DNA of 64,000 nt, taken from assembly GCF_902713615.1 (NCBI RefSeq), contig NC_052167.1, positions 22,682,690 to 22,746,689 of the forward strand, written 5' to 3'. Source of the DNA: Scyliorhinus canicula (Eukaryota). Numbering within the stretch: position 1 is the stretch's first letter; each line of letters starts with the position of its first letter. The position numbers and the translations under genes are program-made. Below are positions 10,227 through 20,976 of the stretch, piece after piece. The notes under the pieces were generated by a model that ran no database searches, was not told where the DNA came from, and worked only from the letters and a program-made list of their open reading frames with translations.

Positions 10227-13032
10227 TGAAACAAACCTGTTGGACTTTAACCTGGTGTTGTAAGACTTCTTACTGTACTCACCCCAGTCCAACACCGACA
10301 TCTCCACATCATAACCTGTTGGACACTAAGGGGCAATTTAGCACGGCCAATCCACCTAAACTGCACATCTTTGGACTGTGGGAGGAAACCGGAGCACCCG
10401 GAGGAAACCCATGCACACACGGGGAGAACGTGCAAACTCCACAGTCACCCAAGGCTGGAATTGAACCTTGGTCCCTGACGTTGTGAAGCAGCAGTGCTAA
10501 TCACTGTGCCACCAGGCTGCCCCGAACCTTATGGGGGCTGTTGAGAATTATGGTTGCACAATGTATGGTTCTCGATTGGTGAAATCAGCCTGAGAGAATC
10601 TCCAATGGACTGCGTAAGGGAGGTTGCCCTCCTGGGTTCCTGGAAGACCCAGCTATGACAATTTACCAACTGACCATTGCTGTCCATAAAATTAGAGGGC
10701 TGGAATATCCCAATGGCGGGAACGGCCAGGAAATTCCGGCCATTGACATTGAAAGGAGCACAGTTTAAATTTACCGGAGCAATACGTGGACTCAAAGGGT
10801 TCATTTTCATTCATTCATGGGAATGGGCATCGCTGGCATGACCAGCATTTATTGCCCATCCCACAGTGAGACAGGAATGCCATCTGGGGAACAGCGCCAT
10901 GCTGGGGTTGGGTTTGCATTATCCTGTTTTAAAGGAAGAGAAGCCTTATCCTCGTTTTAGAATTGAATCCATTGTGGTCAAGGATTACAGTCACGTTTCA
11001 CATTGGGCTCAACAGCTGGCTTGTAATGCAGAACAAGGCAGCAGCGCAGGTTCAATTCCCGTACCGGCCTCCCTGAACAGGTGCCGGAATGTGGCGACTA
11101 GGGGCTTTTCACTGTAACTTCATTGAATCCTACTTGTGACAATAAGAGGTTATCATTATTATTATTGTGACCAATACCCTAGGTGCATGCCACAAGTGGC
11201 TACGATCACTTGGACAGCCCTGGTTTGTCTGAGGGGATACTTTTATTTGCCCGTGTGAATGTAACAGAAAATGGAGAACCAACCCCCGACTTCACTACAG
11301 ATCGGGAAGGGCCCAATTATACCGTAATTGCGACCAAGGGTAAAGAGTTCCTGACACATGTGGCATAGAATCTACAGTGCAGAAGGAGACCATTCGGTCA
11401 ATCGAGTCTGCACTGGGCCTTGAAAGACCATCCTACTTAAGCCCAGACCTCCATCCTATCCCCATAACCCAGTAACTCGACCTAACCTTTGGACACCAAG
11501 GGGAAATTTAGAGTGACCGAACCACCTAACCCGCATATCTTTGGACTGAGGGAAGAAACCGGAGCACCCGGAAGAAACGCACACAGACACGGGGAGAAAG
11601 TGCAAACTCCACACAGTCACCCGAGGCCAGGATTGAACCTGGGTCCCTGCCGTTCTGAGGCAGCAGAGCTAACCACTGTGACATTATGCCACCCATAAAT
11701 GAAATATACAAGGCATATAAAGGAAAGGGGGAATATTGTGTTACATCCATACACTAGGATCTGACCTGTTCTTGCCAGGGTGGAATGTGTTGGTTTACCC
11801 TGGCTTAACCTGTTGGGCAAGGTACACAGGTATTATCGAATCTTTATGCTCATGAGCTGGTGAATATTACCGGAGGGATGGAATTAAGTGAATGGATTAG
11901 AATCACAAATGTAGTAATGTGTGTATGCCAAGTTATACACTTAAGGGTGGATGCTGCAGCATTTTAATCTGTGTTACTTGTAAGCAAAATATAACCCAGT
12001 TATGGTGTGGACCTGTGTGTGGAGTTCACCAGGTGCTGGGAACACGCAGTGAGGTCATCAGGACAAAGGGAGAAGTTTGACTGATGACATTATTGCTGGA
12101 GCTCACATTGGACTTTTTAAAAAGACAGTTCAACTGAGCAGGGACACACCCACAGACACGTCAGGACATGTCGTTAAGGTAGTGGCCCAGGCTAATTGCA
12201 CCAAGTAACTCTGCCGACAATAACTCTCATGGACAATGGCCTCTCTGATGTGTGCAAATGGCTTTTACGCCTCATCAAAAAGCAGATTACTGATATGTCC
12301 ATGGAGACACCCACTCCTGCCAAGGGAAGGTGGTCTTGCATAGCCACGGTGGGATTGCTAAAGCACTGAAACCCTATTGGATGATTCGATTAAAGGTCTG
12401 ATTTATATGTCAAGAGACCAGGGTCAGAACTGGGGTATAAAGCTACAGCTCACAAGCTGCAGCCAGGGGAGTGTCACCTGGTCTGTCACAGGAAGTCGTG
12501 TCGAAGGATTTGTTCAACAGGCTGAGCAGCCAGGAATGGGTCCCAGCACGCGTGTCTCACTAAACAACTGGTGTTGTCTGTTTCTGCTATTGTTCGGTAG
12601 GTTGATTTTAAGTTTCTTACTTTTTAAAAATGTTTCCAATTAAGGGGCAATTTAGCGTGGCCAATCCACCTACTCTGGCTTGTGGGGATGAGACCCATAC
12701 AGACATGGGGAGAATGTGCAAACTCCACACGGATAGTAACCCGGGGCCAGGATCAAACCCGGGTCTTTGAGGCCAAGGTAGCAGTGCTAACCACTGCACT
12801 ATTGTGCCGGCCTACTTGGTAGGTTAGTAAAGGTTTTCCACAAGGTGGAAATTGCATGCAAAGTTTGTTTTGTGTCACTGATACTTAGGAGAATGCGGGC
12901 CTGCGAGGGTAGCGAGACCCCATCTTCAAGAGGTTTACAATTGTTACAATTTTTCATAGCCTTAAAGTGAATGAAATGAAAATCGCTTATTGTCACAAGT
13001 AGACTTCAAATGAAGTTACTGTGAAAAGCCCC

Positions 13033-13498
13033 TGTGGTGATATGCATCACTGTAGATACAGAAGGGGTTAATGCAAGTACAAGTAGACTAGCTAGACACT
13101 AGAGGGAGCACCAGAGACATGACACACAGACACTCAACCAATAGGTCAGTAAGATAGGACACGGCCAATGGGCATTCACGATACACACAGAGCTGACACT
13201 ACCACAGGGGTGCATTACACCAACCCATATATAAAGGACACAGCGCACATGATCTTCCTCTTTCCGGTGGAGACACCCGGTGAGTACAGACACAGGGTTG
13301 ATTCAACATCACACCCACCACGTGGATTGTAGCAGACTGGTTCGTCAGTCTGAGTAGCTATAGAAGGATTAACAGTAGAGGCGAATCCGAGTAGGAGAAT
13401 TGTAAATAGTTTAATAAACGTGTTGAAGTTATCTCCACGTCTGAACCTTCCTTTGTCAGAGTGAACATCAAGGAAGCAGCTTATGCTACGCCAAGACA
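13033..13498 (+). mobile_element. Solo LTR inserted in a SINE
   Basis: TG...CA; TSD gcccc/gcacc; two CCAAT boxes, TATATAAA near 13228, AATAAA near 13413; splits the SINE motif aagcccctagtcg. Confidence 0.8.
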
Positions 13499-13996
13499 GC
13501 ACCTAGTCGCCACATTTCGGCACCTGTTCGGGGAGGCTGGTACGGGAATTGAACCATGCTGCTAGCCTGCCTTGGTCTGCTTTAAAAGCTAGCTATTTAG
13601 CCCTGTGCTAAACCAGCCCCTAAGTGATTGAAAATATTCAAAGTGATGTTATTTTTTTCACAAATAGTGTTTCATTCGGACCAGGAGATTCAGTTGCAAT
13701 CTGCAGCTAAGGACAATGTTACGCTGCCTCCGGTAAAGCAAGACAATCTGTAATAAATTAGATACGTTGGTGGCACATTTGTGTCCAGTTATGTGGCTAA
13801 TAGTGGTCGTCACTCAAACATTGAGTGCAGCCTTTACAAAATCGATTTTAGTTGACATCTTAAACTTCAAAAGGGAATGTAATGGATAGTGTTGTCTATC
13901 CCTTTGCTCCACTACATCTCATAGATCATAGATTTTACAGTGCAGGAGGCCATTCAGCCCATCTGTTGGTATAATCCTCCAAAAACATATTTCATT

Positions 13997-14050
13997 TTTA
14001 TTTTCCGTCAATAGGATTCCATAAATAGGATGAATATTCGGCTATTTATT
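13997..14050 (-). terminator. ndufb8 polyadenylation signals (AATAAA at 14045-14050 and 13997-14002)
   Basis: Two AATAAA on the minus strand, about 90 and 135 nt after the stop codon. Confidence 0.6.
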
Positions 14051-14137
14051 ATTCAGACATTAGACATTATTGACTGTACAGAATAAAAGATCAGTCCCAA
14101 AATGATCTGCACCCTACAATCAGACAAGGAACACTGG

Positions 14138-14230
14138 TCAGATTTTATAATTCTGCACTTCAGGCTGCTCTTTGTCAGATGCTCCTCCATTCTCCAGGTA
14201 CAGGTTATTGTAGGGATACTGTTTCGGAGC
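14138..14230 (-). CDS. ndufb8: NDUFB8 exon 5, terminal (APKQYPYNNLYLENGGASDKEQPEVQNYKI*)
   Basis: tttgcag acceptor; conserved PKQYPYNNLYLE motif; TGA at 14138-14140; the five exons total 567 nt = 188 aa + stop. Confidence 0.96.
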   Translation of the reverse strand, partial: APKQYPYNNLYLENGGASDKEQPEVQNYKI

Positions 14231-14262
14231 CTGCAAAAGATAATTAAACATGAAATATCAGC

Positions 14263-15400
14263 TTTTTTTTTAAACAAAGTATTTTTATTCTCCTCCTTTT
14301 TCACATTTTCTCCCAAATTTACACCCACCAACAATAAACAATAAGCAGTAACGAATATAATGTCAATCCCCATACCATCAACAACAATCCCACACTCCCA
14401 CAAACCCCCAAACAGCAGCCCGCATGTTAACATAAACAAATAACAAAAAGGATTCAGGAATGACCCAGTCACCATTAACACACACAGTCCCCCTCATCCC
14501 AGCACCAATGTTCCATGTTATCCAAAAAATGCCCATGACTTGTAGAACCCCTCCATCCTTCCCCTCAGTTCAAACTTAACCTTCTCAAGAGTCAAGAATT
14601 CCAACAGCCCCCCCCCCCCCCACCAGGACACAGGGTGCAGAGGTTTGCTCTCCATCCCAACTGGATCCGCCTTTGGGCGATCAACAAGGCAAAGGCTACA
14701 ACATCTGCCTCCGCACCCGTTTCCAACCCCGGCTGATACGACACCCCGAATATGGCCTCCCAAGGGGCCTGGGTCCAGTTTCACGTGCACCACCTTGGAA
14801 ATTACCCTAAAAACCTCCTTCCAGTAATCCTCTAGCTTTGGACAGGACCAAAACATACAAACGTGATTTGCACCCCTCCTCGCACACAACTTCTACCCCC
14901 TCAAAGAGCCGGCTCATCCTCGCCCTGGTGAGGTGTGCTCTGTATACCACCCTCAGCTGTATCAGCCCCAACCTTATGCACGGGATGGACATGTTCACTC
15001 TCCGGAGCACCTCACACCAGAACCATATCCTCTCCCAACTCTTCCTTCCACTTTGTTTTGATCCCTTCCAGTGGTGCCTTCTCCTCTTCCAAAATAGCCC
15101 TGTAAACTATTGACACTAACCCCTTCTCCAGTCCCCCTGTCTTCAGCACCTCCTCCAGCAATGTGGAGGCCGGTTCCTCGGGAAGCTCTCTATCTCCTTC
15201 GTGGCAAAATCTCGAACCTGCATGTATCTAAACATTTCCCCCTGCTCCAGCCCATATTTCACTCCCAGCTCCTTCAATCCTGCACACCGACCCCCAAGAA
15301 ACAAATCTTTCAGTGTCTTAATCCCCATCTCCTCCCATTTCCGTCCCACTTCCCTGGCTCAAATCTGTGGTTCCCCCCGAATCGGCATTTCAGTCAAGAC
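14263..15400 (-). mobile_element. L1-clade LINE 3' end (ORF2 C-terminus, 3' UTR, poly-A)
   Basis: HVCMFWSCPKL zinc-knuckle-like region, FRYMQVRDF; AATAAA and A-tail. Confidence 0.8.
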
Positions 15401-15556
15401 AATTTACTGCACCCCAACGCCACCTTTCAATATTTTCCCCCTCTCTTCCTGAATATATTCATCCTCTGGCTTCTTTCCCAACTCCACGATCCTCAACAGT
15501 GGGTGCCAGTAAAGTATTCAACTGGTAGGGATGTTATGCACCACAGCCTTACTCAA

Positions 15557-15596
15557 CATCACCTGAGGAAGGAGCAGTGCTCCGAAAGCTCGTGTT
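15557..15596 (+). ncRNA. Minimal hammerhead ribozyme in an 85-bp Penelope-derived insert (15561-15645)
   Basis: cac-CTGAGGA-aggagcagtgctcc-GAAA-gcTC^gtg; 12-bp TSD ttactcaacatc. Confidence 0.7.
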
Positions 15597-16019
15597 TGAA
15601 ACAAACCTGTTGGACTTTAACCTGGTGTTGTAAGACTTCTTACTGTTACTCAACATCGACACAGATATACGCCCAGTGGGAAGATATATAGATAAGGGAA
15701 CGCTCCTGCGTAAGACCAACTTGAATTTATATAGCACCTTCAATGCAGACCATCCCCAAAACACTTCACTGATGCAAAAAAAAAATGGTGCCCAGCCAAA
15801 GGAGGAGATATTGGGAGGGGTGAGTCCAAGATGTGGGGTTTACTGGAACACCTTAAAGGATTTGCAGGCGTGGAGGTGTTAGGCAAAGCAATCCCAAGAT
15901 GTATGGTATCCAACTGTGGAGCTTGGAAATAGGGCCTGCAAATTTGGACGAGTGCAGAAATATAGGTTACAGATAGGGAGAAACAAGGCCCAAGGCCAAG
16001 GCTCAAGTTAAACATGGGA

Positions 16020-16246
16020 GGGCAGCACGGTGGCCTAGTGGTTAGCACAACCGCCTCACGGCGCTGAGGTCCCAGGTTCGATCCCGGCTCTGGGTCACTG
16101 TCCGTGTGGAGTTTGCACATTCTCCCCGTGTCTGCGTGGGTTTCGCCCCCACAACCCAAAAATGCGCAGAGTAGGTGGATTGGCCACGCTAAATTGCCCC
16201 TTAATTGGAAAATATGATTGGGTAATCTAAATTTAAAAAAAAAAAA
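16020..16246 (+). mobile_element. Short poly-A V-SINE (type C) with TSD ttaaacatggg
   Basis: Internal V-domain deletion; tail taattggaaaa...aattgggt..tctaaattt(A)n. Other copies at about 12620, 18348, 21455, 40525, 57917, 58556 and 59844. Confidence 0.9.
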
Positions 16247-16772
16247 TTAAACATGGGGATGAGCATTTTAAAAATCAGACAGCTAGAAGGTTGGAAGTGG
16301 GTGGTTAGAGTGGGGCTTGATGAAAGATAGACAGTAGAACTGGATGAATGGAGAGAATCTGGTCAGGAGGTGGCAAAAGGCCTGAGGGTTTCAGAAGTAA
16401 GTGGGCTAAAACGAGGGGGGGGGGGGGTTGTGGAATTGATCATGTGGCTACAGAGTTTGAAGATTGAATACAACGGTCTTGCTCTCCCCAGTGTCGAAGT
16501 GGGAAGCTCACCAAGGAGCAAACGTCTGGCAGCAGAGAGGCATTGGAAGGACAGAAACACTTTGTGGGGAAAGTAGAACTGGGTGTCTCGGGGTATTTAG
16601 AATCTGACCGAGTATCCTCAATGAGACACTCTATAACCCTCTGGGACTCAACACTCTTAAATCTAAATAAGTTTTCAGACAACATTTATCGGTGATAATT
16701 CTGCGGTTGCCATTTATATCTTCTGTTGCTTTACTTGTCCCATTACCGCCTCCTTTTGATTTGTACCATCAA

Positions 16773-17057
16773 GGGCAGCACAGTGGTTAGTACTGTTGCT
16801 TCCCAGGTTCGATTCCCGGCTTGGGTCACTGTCTGTGCGGAGTCTGCACGTTCTCCCCGTGTCTGCGTGGGGTTCCTCCGGGTGCTCCGGTTTCCTCCCA
16901 CAAGTCCCGAAAGACGTGCTATCCTGCAATTTGGACATTCTGAATTCTCCCTCCGTGTATCTGAACAGGCGCCGGAATGTGGCGACTGGGGGGTTTTTAA
17001 CAGTAACTTAATTGCAGTGTTAATGTAAGCCTACTTGTGACAATAAAGATTGTTATT
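16773..17057 (+). mobile_element. V-SINE type D (tail ...gaacaggcgccggaatgtggcgact...gtgacaataaag(att)n)
   Basis: Other copies at about 19429, 26293, 27967, 37198, 46900, 48093 and 60885. Confidence 0.88.
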
Positions 17058-17420
17058 AAACCTCTTATAGTGACTTGCCAGTGCAGACACGATGGGCCAA
17101 ACGGCCTCCCTTCTCCACCACAACAATTCTGTGACTTAATTTCTTCTGCCTGTCACCCGTATCATAGACCTTCCCTTACTTCTATACTTGCTTAAAACCT
17201 GCTACATCTCTAACCATTCCCAGTTCTGACAGAAGTCAACGACCCAAAACCTCCACTTTGTTTCTCTTTCCACAGAAGCTGCCTGACCTGCTGAGTATTT
17301 GTGGCATTTCCAGTTTTTAAATTAGAATTCCAGCATCTGCAGTTATGTTGCTTGTGTGTGACTGTGAGGTGTATTGCGTTCAACATCGCACGCATATCAT
17401 GAAATGGAGAATTATCTCGG

Positions 17421-17724
17421 CGTTGGAACCAACAATTCTACAGACACGTGCTTGTAGGATTAGAATAGCGGTTTTAATATACTTACAACAGAGCCAGCCT
17501 GTTAGCCGTTGAACTTTCGGTGAACTGGCCGGCTGACCCTGTGGCACTGATCTTTATACAGCAGCTCCCGGGGGAGGAGTCCTGGGTGGAGCAAAGGGAG
17601 AAGCCCAGTACAACTCTCGAGTATTCCCAGAGCTACTCCCCCTGGTGGTCAGGTAGTGCAACTGCACTTACAATATAGACACATATATATGGATTATAAT
17701 CCCGTGTGAATCACATTCACCACA
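17421..17724 (-). mobile_element. Solo LTR in ndufb8 intron 4
   Basis: Starts TGTGGTGA on the minus strand like the 13033 LTR; TSD ctcgg/ctagg; ATTAAA signal. Confidence 0.6.
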
Positions 17725-17854
17725 CTAGGGCAGTGCTGTTTTAAAAGAAGAGGAAGGAGGTTCAAAGGGACACTGACCACGGTAGCATCAATCAGACTTG
17801 ATAGAGTAAGTAAATAAGAGATTAATTAGGCAGAAATTTAGAATTACAACTTAC

Positions 17855-18010
17855 CACAGGCTGATATGAAGGAAATATCTCCCCAATGTAGAACATGAAC
17901 AACATAAAACCTACAAAGCCACCCAATGTTTTGACCATAGTATTCCAGTCCACAGGACTTGGGGAGGTGTCCACACGAGTCCTAATGAACATGTCAAAGT
18001 CCCAATGCAT
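17855..18010 (-). CDS. ndufb8: NDUFB8 exon 4 (MHWDFDMFIRTRVDTSP...YQPV, transmembrane helix)
   Basis: 156 nt; poly-T/ccag acceptor, GTAAGT donor; hydrophobic TM segment. Confidence 0.96.
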
Positions 18011-19189
18011 CTGGAAAAAAAAAAGTTTTCAAATATGTTAAGTGATATTTAAAACAGTATTTAGAAAACATAAATTTATACAGCACCTTGTTGAATCTCA
18101 CATTTAAAAGAATACTTTGCAGAGGACTATTTAGGTGGGTAAAATATTGAAGGCATTTTAAGCCACTGGATGACTGAACAGCAAATCATATAGAAATTAC
18201 AGCACAAGAGGCCATTCAGCCCATCATGTCCATGCGGGTTGACAACTAGCTAACTGGCCTAATTTCAATTTCCAGTTTGTGGTCTATGGCCTTGTAGGTT
18301 GGAGCACTTTTTAAGTGCATACTCAAGGGTTTATTAAATATTATCCAGGGCAGCATGGTGGCGCAGTGGTTAGCATTGCTGCCTCACGCCAGCGAGGTCC
18401 CAGGTTTGATCCTGGCTCTGGGCCACTGTCCGTGTGGAGTTTGTACATTCTCTCCGTGTTCGCGTGGGTTTCGCCCCCACAACCCAAAGACATGCCGGTA
18501 GGTGGAGTGGCCGCCCTAAATTGCCCCTTAATTGGAAAAAGATAATTGGGTACACTAAATTTAAAAAAAAATATTATGAAGATTTGTGCTTCCACCACTC
18601 TTATCAGACAGTGAGTTCCAGATCTCCATCCTCCTGTGGTGAAGCAATTGCCCCTTGAATCCCCTCCACATCTCCTACCTCTTACCCTAACCCCATGCTC
18701 CCAGAAATGGACATCCTCAAACAATCCATCTACTCCACCTAGATCTCTCAATTGTATATACTTCAATCAGATCACCAGTCAGCCTCTTCTATTCCAAAGA
18801 AAACTCTTCAACTCTCTCCTTGTAACTAAAACTCTCCAATCAGGCAACATGCTCGTAAATCTCCTCTATACTGTCTTGTGCAGTCCACATTTCCCTATAG
18901 CGCAGTAACGATAATCTGCTAGTTTGCCAGTGTCCATTGGCCAGGAAAGATCTTCCAGGTTTTCTTATAATAACATGGCAGCACCTTTATGTCCAGAACA
19001 GGCTGATGGGATCTCGCGTATGGCATTTCCACAGCTCTACTCTGCATTATTGACATAGATCACCTGGCCAAGGTTTGATGTGGGACTTCAAACCAACACC
19101 TGCCCAAGAGACAAAGCGCTACCAACTGAACCAAAACTGTGAACGTCACACAAAAAAAATTATTTCAGCTGTTTGAAGCTTTTCTCACC

Positions 19190-20230
19190 GTAGCACACCA
19201 GGAAGGTCGCAAGTTCAAACCCCGCCTCTGGGACTTGAGCACATAATCTAGGTCTACCTAATCAGTACATGACTGAGGGAGTGCTGCATCGTCAAAGGTG
19301 CCACCTTTTGGACGATACGGTGAGCGGAGATCCGGTCTGCTTGTTTAAGTGGATGTAAAATAATCCATGGTAATTTGTCAATGTAGAGCTGGAGACCTTG
19401 TCAACATTTATCGCTCAACCAATTCCTAGGGCGGCACGATAGCAGTGGTTAGCACTGTTGCTTCATGGCGCCAGGGACCCCCGGTTCGATTCCCAGCTTG
19501 GGTCACTGTCTAGGCGGAGTCTACACATTCTCTCCTTGTCTATGTGGGTTTCCTCCGGGTGCTCCGGTGTCCTCCCACAAGTCCCGAAAGACGTGCTGGT
19601 TAGGTGAATTGGACGTTCTGAATTCTTCCTCTGTGTACCCTAACAGACGCCAGAGTGGGCGACTAGGGGATTTTCACAGTAACCCTACTTGTGACACTAA
19701 TAAAGATTATTAAACAGATTAGCTGGTCATTCCTCTCAATGCTGTTGGCGGGATCTTATCAAACAATTTACAGTGCAGGAGGCCATTCAGCCCATCGAGT
19801 CTGCACCGGCCCTTGGAACGCGCACTCTACCTAAGCTCACACCTCCACCCTATCCCCGTAACCACACCTAACCTTTTCTTTTTGGACACTAAGGGCAATT
19901 TAGCATGGTCAATCCACCTAACCTGCACGTCTTTTGGGACTTGTGGGAGGAAACCGGAGCACCCGGAGGGAACCCACGCAGACACGAAGAGAACTTGCAG
20001 ACTCCACACAGACAGTGACCTAAGCTAGGAATCGAACCTGGGACCCTGGAGCTGTGAAGCATCTGTGCAAACCACTGTACTACCGTGCTGCCCTTGTTCT
20101 GTGCAAATTGGCTGTCATGTTTGCCTACGCAACAGTGACTGACACCTCAAAACGATCGTCGACCTAACACACCTGGGCATCCTGAGGACATCCAGGTGCT
20201 TTATAAATGCAAGATCTGTACTTCCTCCTT
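19190..20230 (+). mobile_element. Ancient DeuSINE (SacSINE1/AmnSINE-like) interrupted by two younger V-SINEs (19429-19712 +, 19765-20093 -)
   Basis: ctgagggagtgctgca...ggtgcc..ctttt.gga...gtggatgtaaaa Deu-domain-like sequence. Confidence 0.65.
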
Positions 20231-20531
20231 TTGTTTTAACCATTAACAACTTGTTCAGAATTTTTAAATCAGTAAAAACAAAAGAATCAGAAGATTTTTG
20301 CTCCAGTGGTTGATTTGAAAAGTGCACCTCCTTAAATACGGAGCCAAAAAACCACAAAGATCCCATGTTTGATTCCCAGTTTCCACCCCTTTAACCCATT
20401 TTTCTTTTGCCAGAAGATGATTTTAAATCAGAGGAATGGTCTTTGAGCGTTTTCAATACTTTAGCCAGGAACAATAAACTTGGAGCCACTTGGTCAGGCC
20501 TGCTACATAGACCCTCCGCATCACTGCTTAC

Positions 20532-20631
20532 CGGCTCACCCCAGTTGCGACGCAGGTCAGGCTCATCCCAGGTGTACCACGGATCTCGCTCTTGCTGCGA
20601 CAGGTTCGGTAGTTTCGGGTAGTCACCAAAT
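20532..20631 (-). CDS. ndufb8: NDUFB8 exon 3 ([33 protein letters not shown])
   Basis: 100 nt; aaacag acceptor, GTAAGC donor; conserved GDYP...RDPW...NWGEP motif. Confidence 0.97.
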
Positions 20632-20849
20632 CTGTTTAGAGGAAAGCAAACTTTCAGTTTTGCTGTAAAGAGCCTGCAGGTGAAGCTACAATAGTTACTC
20701 GGGTAACACGTCAAAACAATTAAAGCCAGAAACCAAACTTTGTAAGAGTAAGATTCGATTAGATTGTCTTTTATCAACGTGACATTTTGGCACACCTCTG
20801 ATTTCCATTATCCCATAGAATTAAACACATTTTGCCAAAATAAACTCAC

Positions 20850-20976
20850 CCCATTCCATCGTCAGGATATGGCTCATAATCTTCCACCCTTATATTGTAC
20901 TTTTTTGCTGCCTTCTCTCTCTCCTCTGGTGTTCTGGGATACGGACCTGGCAGCATGTCCTTAGAAAGATCAGAGG
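20850..20976 (-). CDS. ndufb8: NDUFB8 exon 2 ([43 protein letters not shown])
   Basis: 127 nt; ctctgcag acceptor and GTGAGT donor; peptide closely resembles vertebrate NDUFB8. Confidence 0.96.

Larger units (their letters stand above)
10018..10311. mobile_element. Penelope-derived fold-back mini-element (inverted arms about 10020-10115 and 10166-10261) inserted in a V-SINE
   Basis: About 95-bp inverted repeat; flanking taacctgt(g/t)gg duplication; hammerhead motifs. Confidence 0.75.

Noticed and set aside
16020-16095. tRNA-like sequences (many copies)
   Set aside because: They are SINE heads running straight into the V-domain, with no proper acceptor stem
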